Source: an uncultured Bacteroidota bacterium
GTDB taxonomy: Bacteria; Bacteroidota; Bacteroidia; Bacteroidales; VadinHA17
Direction: 5' to 3'
NCBI GenBank assembly: GCA_903824785.1
Contig: CAIJYD010000081.1
Span: 1,966-65,965 of the forward strand
Length of the DNA: 64,000 nt
Shown here piece after piece: positions 50,223 through 59,564 of this stretch. The first letter of the stretch is position 1. Every line of letters begins with the position of its first letter. A program made the position numbers and the translations under genes. The notes under the pieces were generated by a model. That model was not told the DNA's origin. It saw only the letters and a list, made by a program, of their open reading frames with translations, and searched no databases.

Positions 50223-52187
50223 TTAATTTCCGGTTTTTTTAACGGGATCCATATATCCATTTTCAATAAATGAAATAAAAGGAAGCAATGCACCCCAGTG
50301 ATAGAAAGGGTCTGCAGTGCTTTTGTCATCACCCTGGCCGGTTACACTGTTGTAATTTTCATAAACGGCACCGTTCTCGTTCCACGATTTCATAAACAAC
50401 TTCATCGATTTTTCCACCAGGTCTTTTCTGGCTTCAGGAAGATTATAATTTCTCATTCCCAGGTAGAGTAAAAAGTTCATTGGAGCCCAGATGCGTCCCC
50501 TCCAGTATTCATTATCCTTAAATGCAGCATCATCACGTGAGATAGATGGAACTACATATTCACCATAAAACTTATCCGGATTAAAGTATTGCTTTTTCAT
50601 CATTGTCTCTGCCTGCTTCTGGGTAGATACTTTTGCCAGCATCGGGTAGAAATTATTTGGTGAAATACGGTGCGACTTTTCGCCTGTATCAAGCCGTTTG
50701 TTCAGATAAATCCCCTCATCTTCATCCCACATTGAAGCCAATACCGGTCTGTATTTTGCGGAACGTTTTGTGATTTCCGTGATATCGTTCTTTTTTCCAA
50801 GTATTTCAGCAATCTCAGACAGGGCATTGCAGTCCATAATATAGTAGCTCATCAGGCTCACATCGGCCAGATCCATTGTATGAGTTTTTGTGTTGAATTG
50901 AATGTCGTCGTACATAGGAGAATTATCCAGTGACTCATATTTTGCTGCCTGCATATTGTGCTTCTGAATAGTGTGGAGGCTATCGGGTACATTATTCGAC
51001 CCATAAGCAAGATAACCTCCTACATCTCTGGTCTTTGCCCACCATCTGTTCCATGAAAGCAATTCATCATAGACCTCTTCAAGAAACCATTTTTCTTTAT
51101 ATCGCTTGTATATTTCAAGAATTATGAGGCTGCCAACAGGAGCCTGTGAACGATCCCATGATATAACCCCGAATGAAGCCTGATAATTGGGAATAAACCC
51201 ATCAGGAGTAATTGCTTTAGTGATTTCAATTGCATTGGCATAGGCAAGCTCCTTATTAAAAAGGGAACACATATAGCTTGCGAAGTAAGTATCCCAGTCG
51301 AAGAGAACAAATCCGCCCCACGAAAAATTCCAGAACCGGCTTACCGGTGTTATTGCACGATTATTCGGAGCATCGTAAATTGTGTTCCATGCCAGTATGG
51401 TCTGCATAGCTTTAAATGCCTCTGATAATTTGCCATAGCTGTCAATCCTTTTTTGCTCTACGGCACGTTTCTTTTCAATGATGCTTTTTATTTCCGCCAG
51501 GGTGCGGGTTTTGCCGGTATAAATTCCAACTTCCTTTTTCAACGGAATGGTAAGATGCGGATTGTACGATACAACATATCCGTCTTTTACAGGCTGTTCA
51601 GTAGTGGATACGGTGATTGTACGTCCGGGAAATTTTCCAATAAGCTTATTCTCCTCCACACCTATCAGTCCCTCGCGGTCCCATGGCAGACCTGCCTCAA
51701 TAATCAGCTGGTTCCTGCAGGGAGCTTCGGGTGTGATCAGGATAAGCTGATCGCCCCCGTCCACAGAGCTTTGCACCTCAAACACCTCATCCTTGAATTT
51801 TACTTTTAAGCTTGTGTAGCTCCCATCGTCCGACCGCAGTCCCAATTTAACATCTTCCGGCCTTGGCAGAGACCTGGATCCTTTGTAGTTCTCACGAAGA
51901 TATCCTGTTTCCCATAATCCCGGACGAGCAACACAGATGTTAACAGAAAAACCTTCAGGCAAAAGTACATGCGACATAAAGCTATGGTTGTACCAGGTAT
52001 TCCATCCAGTGCAGAGCTTATTCTGCAACTCACGATATTCAGCTGTCTTTATGTTTCTGTTAATTGCCTGGGAGAAACTGAGGTTAACTGATAAAAGAAA
52101 CAATACGGATATTATCAAAGATTTCACTGACTTCCTGTGACAAGACTTAAGATGGCTGACGAATTGAAGGGGAGGATTTTGTTTCAT
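50223..52187 (-). CDS. MGH1-like/GH63 (trehalase-like) glycoside hydrolase
   Basis: FDWDTYF, DRSQ.P, ESLDNSPMYD, YWRGRIW.P.N, ENY. Confidence 0.82.
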   Translation of the reverse strand: MKQNPPLQFVSHLKSCHRKSVKSLIISVLFLLSVNLSFSQAINRNIKTAEYRELQNKLCTGWNTWYNHSFMSHVLLPEGFSVNICVARPGLWETGYLRENYKGSRSLPRPEDVKLGLRSDDGSYTSLKVKFKDEVFEVQSSVDGGDQLILITPEAPCRNQLIIEAGLPWDREGLIGVEENKLIGKFPGRTITVSTTEQPVKDGYVVSYNPHLTIPLKKEVGIYTGKTRTLAEIKSIIEKKRAVEQKRIDSYGKLSEAFKAMQTILAWNTIYDAPNNRAITPVSRFWNFSWGGFVLFDWDTYFASYMCSLFNKELAYANAIEITKAITPDGFIPNYQASFGVISWDRSQAPVGSLIILEIYKRYKEKWFLEEVYDELLSWNRWWAKTRDVGGYLAYGSNNVPDSLHTIQKHNMQAAKYESLDNSPMYDDIQFNTKTHTMDLADVSLMSYYIMDCNALSEIAEILGKKNDITEITKRSAKYRPVLASMWDEDEGIYLNKRLDTGEKSHRISPNNFYPMLAKVSTQKQAETMMKKQYFNPDKFYGEYVVPSISRDDAAFKDNEYWRGRIWAPMNFLLYLGMRNYNLPEARKDLVEKSMKLFMKSWNENGAVYENYNSVTGQGDDKSTADPFYHWGALLPFISFIENGYMDPVKKTGN

Positions 52188-52268
52188 GCCGGTTACGATA
52201 TGTTTAAATTGTTTTTAATCAACATCTTACTTACATTAAAATTCATTCAGCTGCCAGACTATTCCGGC

Positions 52269-54119
52269 TCATTTTACACGTTTTGCCAGGTCGGCCAGAG
52301 GAACTGTAATCATTCTTCCGACAGGTTTCCCATCTTTAAATGTTATGACCCTGAAAGTATCTGCGTCTTTCTGAATTGTCAGTTTTTCGCCTTTCTTATA
52401 CAACAGACTATGGTTATCGGGGTAGGTATTATCAAATGAATAGAAGATCTCAAACCCGTCAATCTCAGTACTCAGCGCTATAAGTAAATTTCCTTTTTCA
52501 TCTTTTGAAGGAGTAATTACAGCATCATAGAAACTACGGGAATAATTAATATCGTTCCGTGAAAATTTCTGAAGGTGTGTTTCCGTACGACGAACAAAGC
52601 TGTTCCAGTCTCTGGAGGATTTCGGAGACCATAAGACTTCGGCCAGAGCAAATGACCGGGGCCAGAACATATACTCGGCATGTCGGAATGTCGGAATGCT
52701 TTCCGTCCACATATTACCCTGTCCACCAAGAATATAAGTTGAATCAACACCTTCCGGGACAGGTTCAAATTCATAAACCTTGTTTAAGCGCAGCATGGCA
52801 TAAGTAGGAGGTTCAATGGCCGGATCGCCCTGATAGAAGTCGAGATAGGCATAATCGACAGGGCTCATCACCACATGATGTTTTGCCCTGGCAGCAGCTA
52901 TACCTCCATCCATTCCTCGCCAGCTCATTACCGCAGCATTGGGAGCCAGACCGCCTTCCAGAATTTCATCCCATCCTATGAGCTTCTTCCCTTTCTCATT
53001 TAACATCTTCTCCAACCGCTTAACGAAGTAGCTTTGCAACTCCTTTACATCCTTCAGGTTACTATCCTTCATACGCTTGGTGCAATCCGGACATTTTTCC
53101 CAGAAGCCTTTATAACATTCATCACCACCAATATGGATATATTCATAAGGAAATAAAGCTGCCACTTCAGTAAAGACTTTATCAAGAAATTCATATGTCG
53201 TTTCTTTCCCTGCGCAAAGAGAATTATCCTCTATGCCATAGAACTTGCAACCGGGATTTACCTTGTAGTTCAATCCTGTTGATGAGAGAAAAGGATAGGA
53301 TGCAATAGCTGCCAGGCTATGTCCCGGAGCTTCAATCTCAGGCAGGATATTCACACCTCTTTCCCCTGCATATTTTACAAGATCCCTGATCTCATCCTGA
53401 GTATAAAAACCTCCGTAGACGGCTTCCTCTCCCTCTTTCGGGCATTCCCTGTCCCACCATAATCCTGTGCGCGGCACCCTCCACGCTCCTGTTTTTGTCA
53501 GAAGGGGAAGACTCTTTATTTCAATTCGCCAGCCCTGATCATCAGTCAGATGAAGCTGCAGGATGTTAAACTTATATTGAGCCATCTGGTCGATAAGCCT
53601 TTTAACTTCATCGACAGTAAAAAAATGGCGGCTTACATCAAGCAATAATCCGCGCCACGAAAAACGTGGTTCATCGGTAATAAGAAGTGCCGGCACTTTT
53701 CTGTCACTATCAGTCGGAATTATCTGAAAAAGAGTCTGCACACCGTAGAACAGCCCCTTTGAAGTTCCTGCTTTAATAACTATTTCCTGCGGGGAGACAC
53801 TTAAAACATACCCTTCGCTGGCTGTACCGGCTTTTGTATCGAGGATCAGATTTATTGATTGTGCACTAGGACGGGATATTTCACTGCTTTTTACAGTCAA
53901 CAGTAATCCGTTAAATGATTTAATGGTAGCTGAAGTGTAGCCTGCAAGAAATTTCAGATCCCGGCTATTGTAACTGATGGTCGTTTTCTCGTTCAATAAA
54001 AAAGAACCATCCTTTATTTCAACCTTCCGGGGCTGGGGAATTATACTGATATTCTGCGCTGATACCATCAGGCTAAAAAACAAAATGGAAATTGTTAATG
54101 AAATTTTTCTGTAGCTCAT
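52269..54119 (-). CDS. GH20 beta-N-acetylhexosaminidase (true start likely ATG 54119; the ORF-track extension to 54350 runs through a repeat element)
   Basis: MSYRKISLTISILFFSLMVSAQNISIIPQP signal; WRGLLLDVSRHF, HLTDDQGWR, HIGGDE, YLD.YQ, WTE; C-terminal Fn3-associated domain. Confidence 0.93.
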   Translation of the reverse strand: MSYRKISLTISILFFSLMVSAQNISIIPQPRKVEIKDGSFLLNEKTTISYNSRDLKFLAGYTSATIKSFNGLLLTVKSSEISRPSAQSINLILDTKAGTASEGYVLSVSPQEIVIKAGTSKGLFYGVQTLFQIIPTDSDRKVPALLITDEPRFSWRGLLLDVSRHFFTVDEVKRLIDQMAQYKFNILQLHLTDDQGWRIEIKSLPLLTKTGAWRVPRTGLWWDRECPKEGEEAVYGGFYTQDEIRDLVKYAGERGVNILPEIEAPGHSLAAIASYPFLSSTGLNYKVNPGCKFYGIEDNSLCAGKETTYEFLDKVFTEVAALFPYEYIHIGGDECYKGFWEKCPDCTKRMKDSNLKDVKELQSYFVKRLEKMLNEKGKKLIGWDEILEGGLAPNAAVMSWRGMDGGIAAARAKHHVVMSPVDYAYLDFYQGDPAIEPPTYAMLRLNKVYEFEPVPEGVDSTYILGGQGNMWTESIPTFRHAEYMFWPRSFALAEVLWSPKSSRDWNSFVRRTETHLQKFSRNDINYSRSFYDAVITPSKDEKGNLLIALSTEIDGFEIFYSFDNTYPDNHSLLYKKGEKLTIQKDADTFRVITFKDGKPVGRMITVPLADLAKRVK

Positions 54120-54173
54120 GTCACTATTTTTAAACATTGTTGTCCTGTAAAACTTCAAAATAATATTTCTTTT

Positions 54174-54330
54174 AATATCACGCTGCTCTGCAGCATATTT
54201 TAGCGGCAGAACGTCATGATATTTGTGGTAAGTATGGGAAATTTTAGATTTTAGCGGCAGAGCCGCCTTAATATTTGTAGAAAGCATAGAGAAATTCAAA
54301 AATAAGCCCTGTAGGGGCGTGATATTTGAG
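54174..54330. repeat. REP/BIME-like cluster of four short palindromic units
   Basis: Hairpin cores GCTGC-TCT-GCAGC, GCGGC-AGA-(degenerate), GCGGC-AGA-GCCGC and GCCCT-GTA-GGGGC, each linked to an ATATT(TG) tail; outer units are inverted (AATATCACGC ... GCGTGATATT). Confidence 0.7.
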
Positions 54331-54368
54331 AATATATTACAGGTAACCATATTTAATTGAGTTTAGAA

Positions 54369-55499
54369 TTATTTACCGGACACCGATGTTTTTTTAACAT
54401 AATCAAAAGGCAGATTATTGTAGGCTCTGGCCAGAAGAGCTATATTACGCTCATCCCCTTTCAGACTATCAACTGAATTGGAAAGATAATAATCTACCGG
54501 AGGCATTATAGATCCGAGAACCGGTTTGGTAAAACCATAAAGTCCCACTTTTTCCTTTATTGCAGCCGGAATTACCACCGACGGATCCTGTCCGTTCCAG
54601 TTGGCAAGACATGTTACCAGACGGGTGTGGCTCCCCAGCATACTGCGCACAGACTGAGTGGTTGCAATATCTCCCGCTTCATTGAGAACCCAGTCGACCT
54701 CCTTAAGCATATCCGAACCGGCAATATCTTTGCTGGTAAGCTGGCAGGAAGTGAGCCAGATAATGCAATCGGGTTTTGTTTTTTTCACAGTTTCCCTGAT
54801 TCTTTTCCAGCATCTGTCAATTGCTTTTCTGCGGAACTGAAGTTCAATTTCTGGAGTAATCTTTTCCATGCCGGGAAAGGGCTGGCCCATAAGCTCTGCA
54901 AACATGACCTGCTCACAATCAATCCATTTCAAAGGAGGATATGGTTCCATTGTGGCACCTGGGTTCCAGAGCCAGTCAATAAAGACCCCATCCATGCCTG
55001 TCTTTTTAATAGCATCTTCAATAGATGCACAAAGAAAATCGAGATACTTTGTTGTGTATGGAATATGAGGCAATGCCGGGAATCCATAGCTTAGATCCGG
55101 ATTTTCCTGCCCCCATCTGGTATTGGAGCCTGCGCAGAAATATCCAAAAACCTTGATATTCTTTTCATGGGCTAACCTTACCTCTTCAGTAAGGAAATCG
55201 TATTTTAATCCCGGCTGTTCAGGTACTATCCCGTTCTTATACCAGGCATAACCGTTACATGAAACGGCAAATGACTGAATAACATTACATCCTAAAGAGA
55301 CATACCAGTTAACATGGTCTGCCGGATTTGCATCAGCCCATAATCCGGGCCCTGAAAAAGCATTAGGCCCTCCCGGTCCCCAGTTAAAATCAATGTTATA
55401 GGCTTTTATTGAATCATCTGCTTCTACCGGTGTACTACTTTTACATCCTTGCAGAAGGGCGATAAAAACTGCAGCTGAAAAAAACAGAGAATTTTTCAT
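54369..55499 (-). CDS. Lipoprotein with GH29/GHL6-like TIM barrel (putative glycoside hydrolase)
   Basis: Lipobox LQGC; FA.SCNGYAWY, D.L.E.V..AH..IKV.GY, MDGVFIDW, PDC.I. Confidence 0.6.
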   Translation of the reverse strand: MKNSLFFSAAVFIALLQGCKSSTPVEADDSIKAYNIDFNWGPGGPNAFSGPGLWADANPADHVNWYVSLGCNVIQSFAVSCNGYAWYKNGIVPEQPGLKYDFLTEEVRLAHEKNIKVFGYFCAGSNTRWGQENPDLSYGFPALPHIPYTTKYLDFLCASIEDAIKKTGMDGVFIDWLWNPGATMEPYPPLKWIDCEQVMFAELMGQPFPGMEKITPEIELQFRRKAIDRCWKRIRETVKKTKPDCIIWLTSCQLTSKDIAGSDMLKEVDWVLNEAGDIATTQSVRSMLGSHTRLVTCLANWNGQDPSVVIPAAIKEKVGLYGFTKPVLGSIMPPVDYYLSNSVDSLKGDERNIALLARAYNNLPFDYVKKTSVSGK

Positions 55500-55751
55500 T
55501 GAGTTGGATTTTATGGAAATGATATATCAAAATTATTTTTACTAAGATATTTATTTATATTTACAGTACATAGTTTGAAACTTATGAAAAAGAGGGATCC
55601 TCAATTTCTTAAACCTTTAATATACCAGATTTGATTTAAAAGCTCTATAGCTGAATTTTACTTTGTCACGACCTTTGAGCATTTTAATGAAACTGTTGAT
55701 TTATTAAGGTACGGAACAGCTGATAGTTAAATAAAAACAAAAAACAAGAAT

Positions 55752-56426
55752 ATGAAAAGAAGTGAAGTAAATGCCATTATTAAAGGATTGGAGATATTTT
55801 TTGAAGAACAGAAGTTTATGTTACCTGAATGGGCATCGTGGAGCCCTGAAAAATGGAAAGGCACTTATGAAAAATGTTCTGAGATAGTCGATAATAAACT
55901 TGGCTGGGATATAACTGATTTCGGAAGCGGTGATTTCAACAGGCAGGGGTTATCTCTTTTTACTATCCGGAATGGAAACTGGGATAAAAAAGACAAGATG
56001 TATTGTGAAAAGATTATGGTTGCAGGTGAAGAGCAGGAGACTCCAATGCATTTTCACTGGAACAAGACTGAGGATATAATCAACAGAGGTGGCGGAAACC
56101 TGGTAATGGAGCTCTTTATGGCTACTGACGATGATAAATTTTCAGATAAACCCGTGACAGCAAGTATTGATGGTATTCTTACTACCGTTAAGGCAGGTGT
56201 TCCCCTGATATTATATCCCGGCCAGAGTATCTGCCTGAAATCGAGGGTATATCACAGGTTCTATGGTCAGAAAGGAAATGGCAGGGTATTGATCGGTGAG
56301 GTAAGTATGGTAAATGATGATGCCAACGACAACCGTTTTTATGATACTATTGGCAGATTCCCTGAGATAGAAGAGGATGTAAAACCGGTTCACCTTCTGG
56401 TTAACGACTATTCAAAATATTTATAA
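55752..56426 (+). CDS. D-lyxose/D-mannose family sugar isomerase (cupin)
   Basis: MKRSEVN, LGWDITDFG, TPMHFH..K.EDIINRGGG, YHRF, GEVS.VNDD..DNRF. Confidence 0.92.
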   Translation: MKRSEVNAIIKGLEIFFEEQKFMLPEWASWSPEKWKGTYEKCSEIVDNKLGWDITDFGSGDFNRQGLSLFTIRNGNWDKKDKMYCEKIMVAGEEQETPMHFHWNKTEDIINRGGGNLVMELFMATDDDKFSDKPVTASIDGILTTVKAGVPLILYPGQSICLKSRVYHRFYGQKGNGRVLIGEVSMVNDDANDNRFYDTIGRFPEIEEDVKPVHLLVNDYSKYL

Positions 56427-56451
56427 CCGGTATCCGGGAAAGTGTAATAAT

Positions 56452-57642
56452 ATGAAGTCAGAAAAAATAATTGTTTCAGGTGTCGGCTGCTGTTTGGTTG
56501 ATCTGTTATTCAATGATATAGATTTCGGAAGCGACACCATTCGTCCCTATCTCTCATTAACACGCGGCGACGGCGGCTTAACCCCCGGCCATCTTGTTTT
56601 CAGGGAGGAATTTGAAAAAAACAGCGGGAGCTCCTTCAGCGAGGTTCTCAGTAAGATAACAGGAGGTAGAACGCACGACAAGATAAATATCGGAGGCCCA
56701 TCAATAGTATCACTTATAAATACTGCTCAGCTGACTGACAGTAACCAATGCGAAGTCAGATTCTACGGCCGTGGCGGCGATGATGAAATCGGGAAATACC
56801 TCCTCTCCTCCCTGAAAAAAACGCCTGTCATTCTAAAAGATTTCAAGCTTATTAATAAAGAGACACCTTCTACTGTTGTGCTATCTGATCCGACCTACGA
56901 GAACGGCCATGGTGAGAGAATGTTTATCAACTCAATAGGCGCTGCATGGGAATACGGTCCTGGGGATCTGGATGACGATTTTTTTAACTCCTCAATTGTT
57001 GTTTTTGGCGGAACTGCTCTGGTTCCGCAGATTCATGATAATATGACAACACTGCTTAAAAGAGCAAAATTGAAAGGATGCATTACAATTGTCAATACAG
57101 TATTTGATTTCAGGAACGAAAAAGCAAATCCTTCAGAAAGATGGCCGCTTGGTGAAAGTGATGAGAGTTACGGTTATATCGATCTTCTGATTGCCGATCA
57201 GGTAGAGGCATTCCGCCTGAGCGGAGAAAATGATACCGAAGCTGCTGTAAAGTTTTTCCGCGACAAAAAAGTCTCATCACTGATTATCACCAATGGATCG
57301 AAAAATATCACAGCATATTCCGACGGAGCTTTTTTCAAAGCAACCGGATCTTTTGAGATGCCTGTGTCACAGAAAGTTATTGATGAACAAAAGATAGCCA
57401 CAAAGGGAGATACAACAGGGTGCGGGGATAATTTTGCCGGTGGCGTTATTGCATCTGTTATTGCCCAGCTGCATACCGGAATCAAACATCCCGACCTTCC
57501 GGAAGCCTGCTCTCTGGGTATTGTCGCCGGAGGGTTTGCCTGTTTCTATCTTGGAGGAACATATTTTGAAGAGAATCCCGGAGAAAAACGGGCTAAAATG
57601 AAACCATATTATGATGCTTACAGAGAACAGACAAAAGGTTGA
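56452..57642 (+). CDS. PfkB-family carbohydrate kinase
   Basis: NIGG, G.DD.G, ER.F, IITNG, DTTGCGDNFAGG PfkB signature. Confidence 0.9.
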   Translation: MKSEKIIVSGVGCCLVDLLFNDIDFGSDTIRPYLSLTRGDGGLTPGHLVFREEFEKNSGSSFSEVLSKITGGRTHDKINIGGPSIVSLINTAQLTDSNQCEVRFYGRGGDDEIGKYLLSSLKKTPVILKDFKLINKETPSTVVLSDPTYENGHGERMFINSIGAAWEYGPGDLDDDFFNSSIVVFGGTALVPQIHDNMTTLLKRAKLKGCITIVNTVFDFRNEKANPSERWPLGESDESYGYIDLLIADQVEAFRLSGENDTEAAVKFFRDKKVSSLIITNGSKNITAYSDGAFFKATGSFEMPVSQKVIDEQKIATKGDTTGCGDNFAGGVIASVIAQLHTGIKHPDLPEACSLGIVAGGFACFYLGGTYFEENPGEKRAKMKPYYDAYREQTKG

Positions 57643-58840
57643 AACCCATAAAATAGTTATTTTCGGAGCCGGGAAAATAGGCCGCTCATTTATTGGCCAG
57701 CTCTTCGGATGCGGCGGGTATAATGTGGTCTTTACTGATGTTGACCCGGTAATGATCAGTATGCTGAATAAAAACGGGAACTACCGGGTAATAATAAAAG
57801 GAGAAAAGGAGGAGGAGATAATCGTCCCGAATGTTACGGCAATATCTGCTTTTGAAAGAGATAAGGTAGCAGAAGCGGTATCCACGGCAGGGATAGTGGC
57901 TGTATCGGTCGGAAAAAACGCCCTCGAAAAGGTGATTCCCGTTATTGCGGAAGGACTTATGATGAGACATAAAAACAATCCTGGGGTACCTCTTGATATA
58001 ATAATTGCAGAAAATATGAGGTCGGCGGCTGATTTTACCGGAATGCAGCTCAGGAAAAATCTTCCGCAGGGATTTCCTCTCGAAGAACTTGTAGGACTTA
58101 TCGAAACCAGTATAGGCAAAATGGTCCCGATTATACCTCTTGCCGAACTGGAAAAAGACCCGCTCGTGGTATTTGCCGAGCCATATAATACTCTGATACT
58201 AGATGGCAAAGGATTTAAATCTCCAATTCCGGAGATAAAAGGTCTTGCACCTAAAAGCAATATTAAAGCATGGGTCGACCGTAAGGCATTTATTCATAAT
58301 CTCGGACATGCTGCTGCTGCCTATTACGGAAATTTTCTTCATCCCGATGCTGTCTATATGTTTGAGATACTTGACCATCAGGAGGTTTTTCGCTTTACCA
58401 GGGAGGTTATGATGCAATCGGCTGATATTCTGAGAAGCGCCTATCCCGATGATTTTACATCTGCAGATCTTGAAGACCATATTGATGATCTGATCTTTCG
58501 TTTCAGGAATAAAGCACTGCAGGATACAATATTCAGGGTGGGTCAGGATCTGCCAAGAAAGCTGGGTTCCGACGATCGTTTTATGGGTGCGATACACCTT
58601 GCACAAGAGCACGGAAAACCCTTCGACCTGATAGTCAGGGCAATGTCGTTCGGGTTATGTTTCAGGGCGAAAGATGAAGAGGGGAAATTTTATCCTGATG
58701 ATCTGGCTTTACGGGATGCTCTTGGGACCGATTTCGAATCAACACTTATCAATGAACTGTTCCTTGACCCTGTTGCTGACCAAAACAGCATTACAGAACT
58801 TAAAAAGTTATACCATGACCTTTGCAATAAAACCGGCTGA
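57611..58840 (+). CDS. mtlD: Mannitol-1-phosphate 5-dehydrogenase family
   Basis: FGAGKIGRSFIG, AEN, EPY, RK.F.HN.GH, RF.N..L.D...RVG...RKL..DR; start codon uncertain (overlaps the kinase gene). Confidence 0.8.
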   Translation: MMLTENRQKVETHKIVIFGAGKIGRSFIGQLFGCGGYNVVFTDVDPVMISMLNKNGNYRVIIKGEKEEEIIVPNVTAISAFERDKVAEAVSTAGIVAVSVGKNALEKVIPVIAEGLMMRHKNNPGVPLDIIIAENMRSAADFTGMQLRKNLPQGFPLEELVGLIETSIGKMVPIIPLAELEKDPLVVFAEPYNTLILDGKGFKSPIPEIKGLAPKSNIKAWVDRKAFIHNLGHAAAAYYGNFLHPDAVYMFEILDHQEVFRFTREVMMQSADILRSAYPDDFTSADLEDHIDDLIFRFRNKALQDTIFRVGQDLPRKLGSDDRFMGAIHLAQEHGKPFDLIVRAMSFGLCFRAKDEEGKFYPDDLALRDALGTDFESTLINELFLDPVADQNSITELKKLYHDLCNKTG

Positions 58841-58906
58841 TGAATTCCGGATATCAATAACCATAAAATATAACTTAAGAAGAAGTGAAACTAAAACCAG
58901 AATGAA

Positions 58907-59545
58907 ATGAATAATACTGAAATCATTAGTACCGATATTAAAGCCTCTCTGACCAAATCAGGTCTTCTGCTTTTCCTCTCAGGGTTCATGATTTTTATGG
59001 GGATCATCACCGGTGAGATATTTTACACACTGGATTTCAATACCCGCGACAATTATATAAGCGAGCTTGCAGCAGCTGTACCGCCAAATGCCATTACCCC
59101 TGAACCATCCGCAACAATATTCAATTTAACAATGATAGTGACAGGGATAATGATAATGTTTGCTGCTTTTTATCTTCAGATTATCTTTAAAAAGCTTTTA
59201 ACGACCATACCTGCTGCGCTCTTCGGATTCGGAGTACTCGGAGTGGGTATATTCCCCGGAAATATTCATCCATGGCATGGTATTTTTGCCCTCATCTTAT
59301 TTGTCGCTGGTGGTGTTGGAGCCATAACCTCTTATAAGATTGTAAGTTCTCCTCTTCGCTATATCTTTATCATACTGGGTATCACAGCCCTGGTGTTTTT
59401 GATTGCGTATAAATATTTTGTTCCTGCCCTGGGTGTCGGAGGAACTGAACGGTGGGTCCTTTATCCTGTTATCTTCTGGATTACCGGGCTTGGTGGTTAC
59501 CTGCTCGGAATAAAAGATGAATACAAACGGATTTCACATGTGTAA
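58907..59545 (+). CDS. DUF998 family membrane protein
   Basis: N.ISEL, IFN, GVGIFP, H...A...F, G..ER; about 6 TM helices. Confidence 0.75.
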   Translation: MNNTEIISTDIKASLTKSGLLLFLSGFMIFMGIITGEIFYTLDFNTRDNYISELAAAVPPNAITPEPSATIFNLTMIVTGIMIMFAAFYLQIIFKKLLTTIPAALFGFGVLGVGIFPGNIHPWHGIFALILFVAGGVGAITSYKIVSSPLRYIFIILGITALVFLIAYKYFVPALGVGGTERWVLYPVIFWITGLGGYLLGIKDEYKRISHV

Positions 59546-59564
59546 AATAATTAAGAATCAATAG

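Noticed and set aside
54120-54350. 77-aa N-terminal extension of GH20
   Set aside because: Runs through the REP-like repeats; a normal signal peptide begins at ATG 54119
57611-57660. Possible frameshift at the mtlD start (TTG overlapping the kinase stop would need one extra A)
   Set aside because: In-frame ATGs at 57611/57614 give an intact ORF; no evidence for an error without reads
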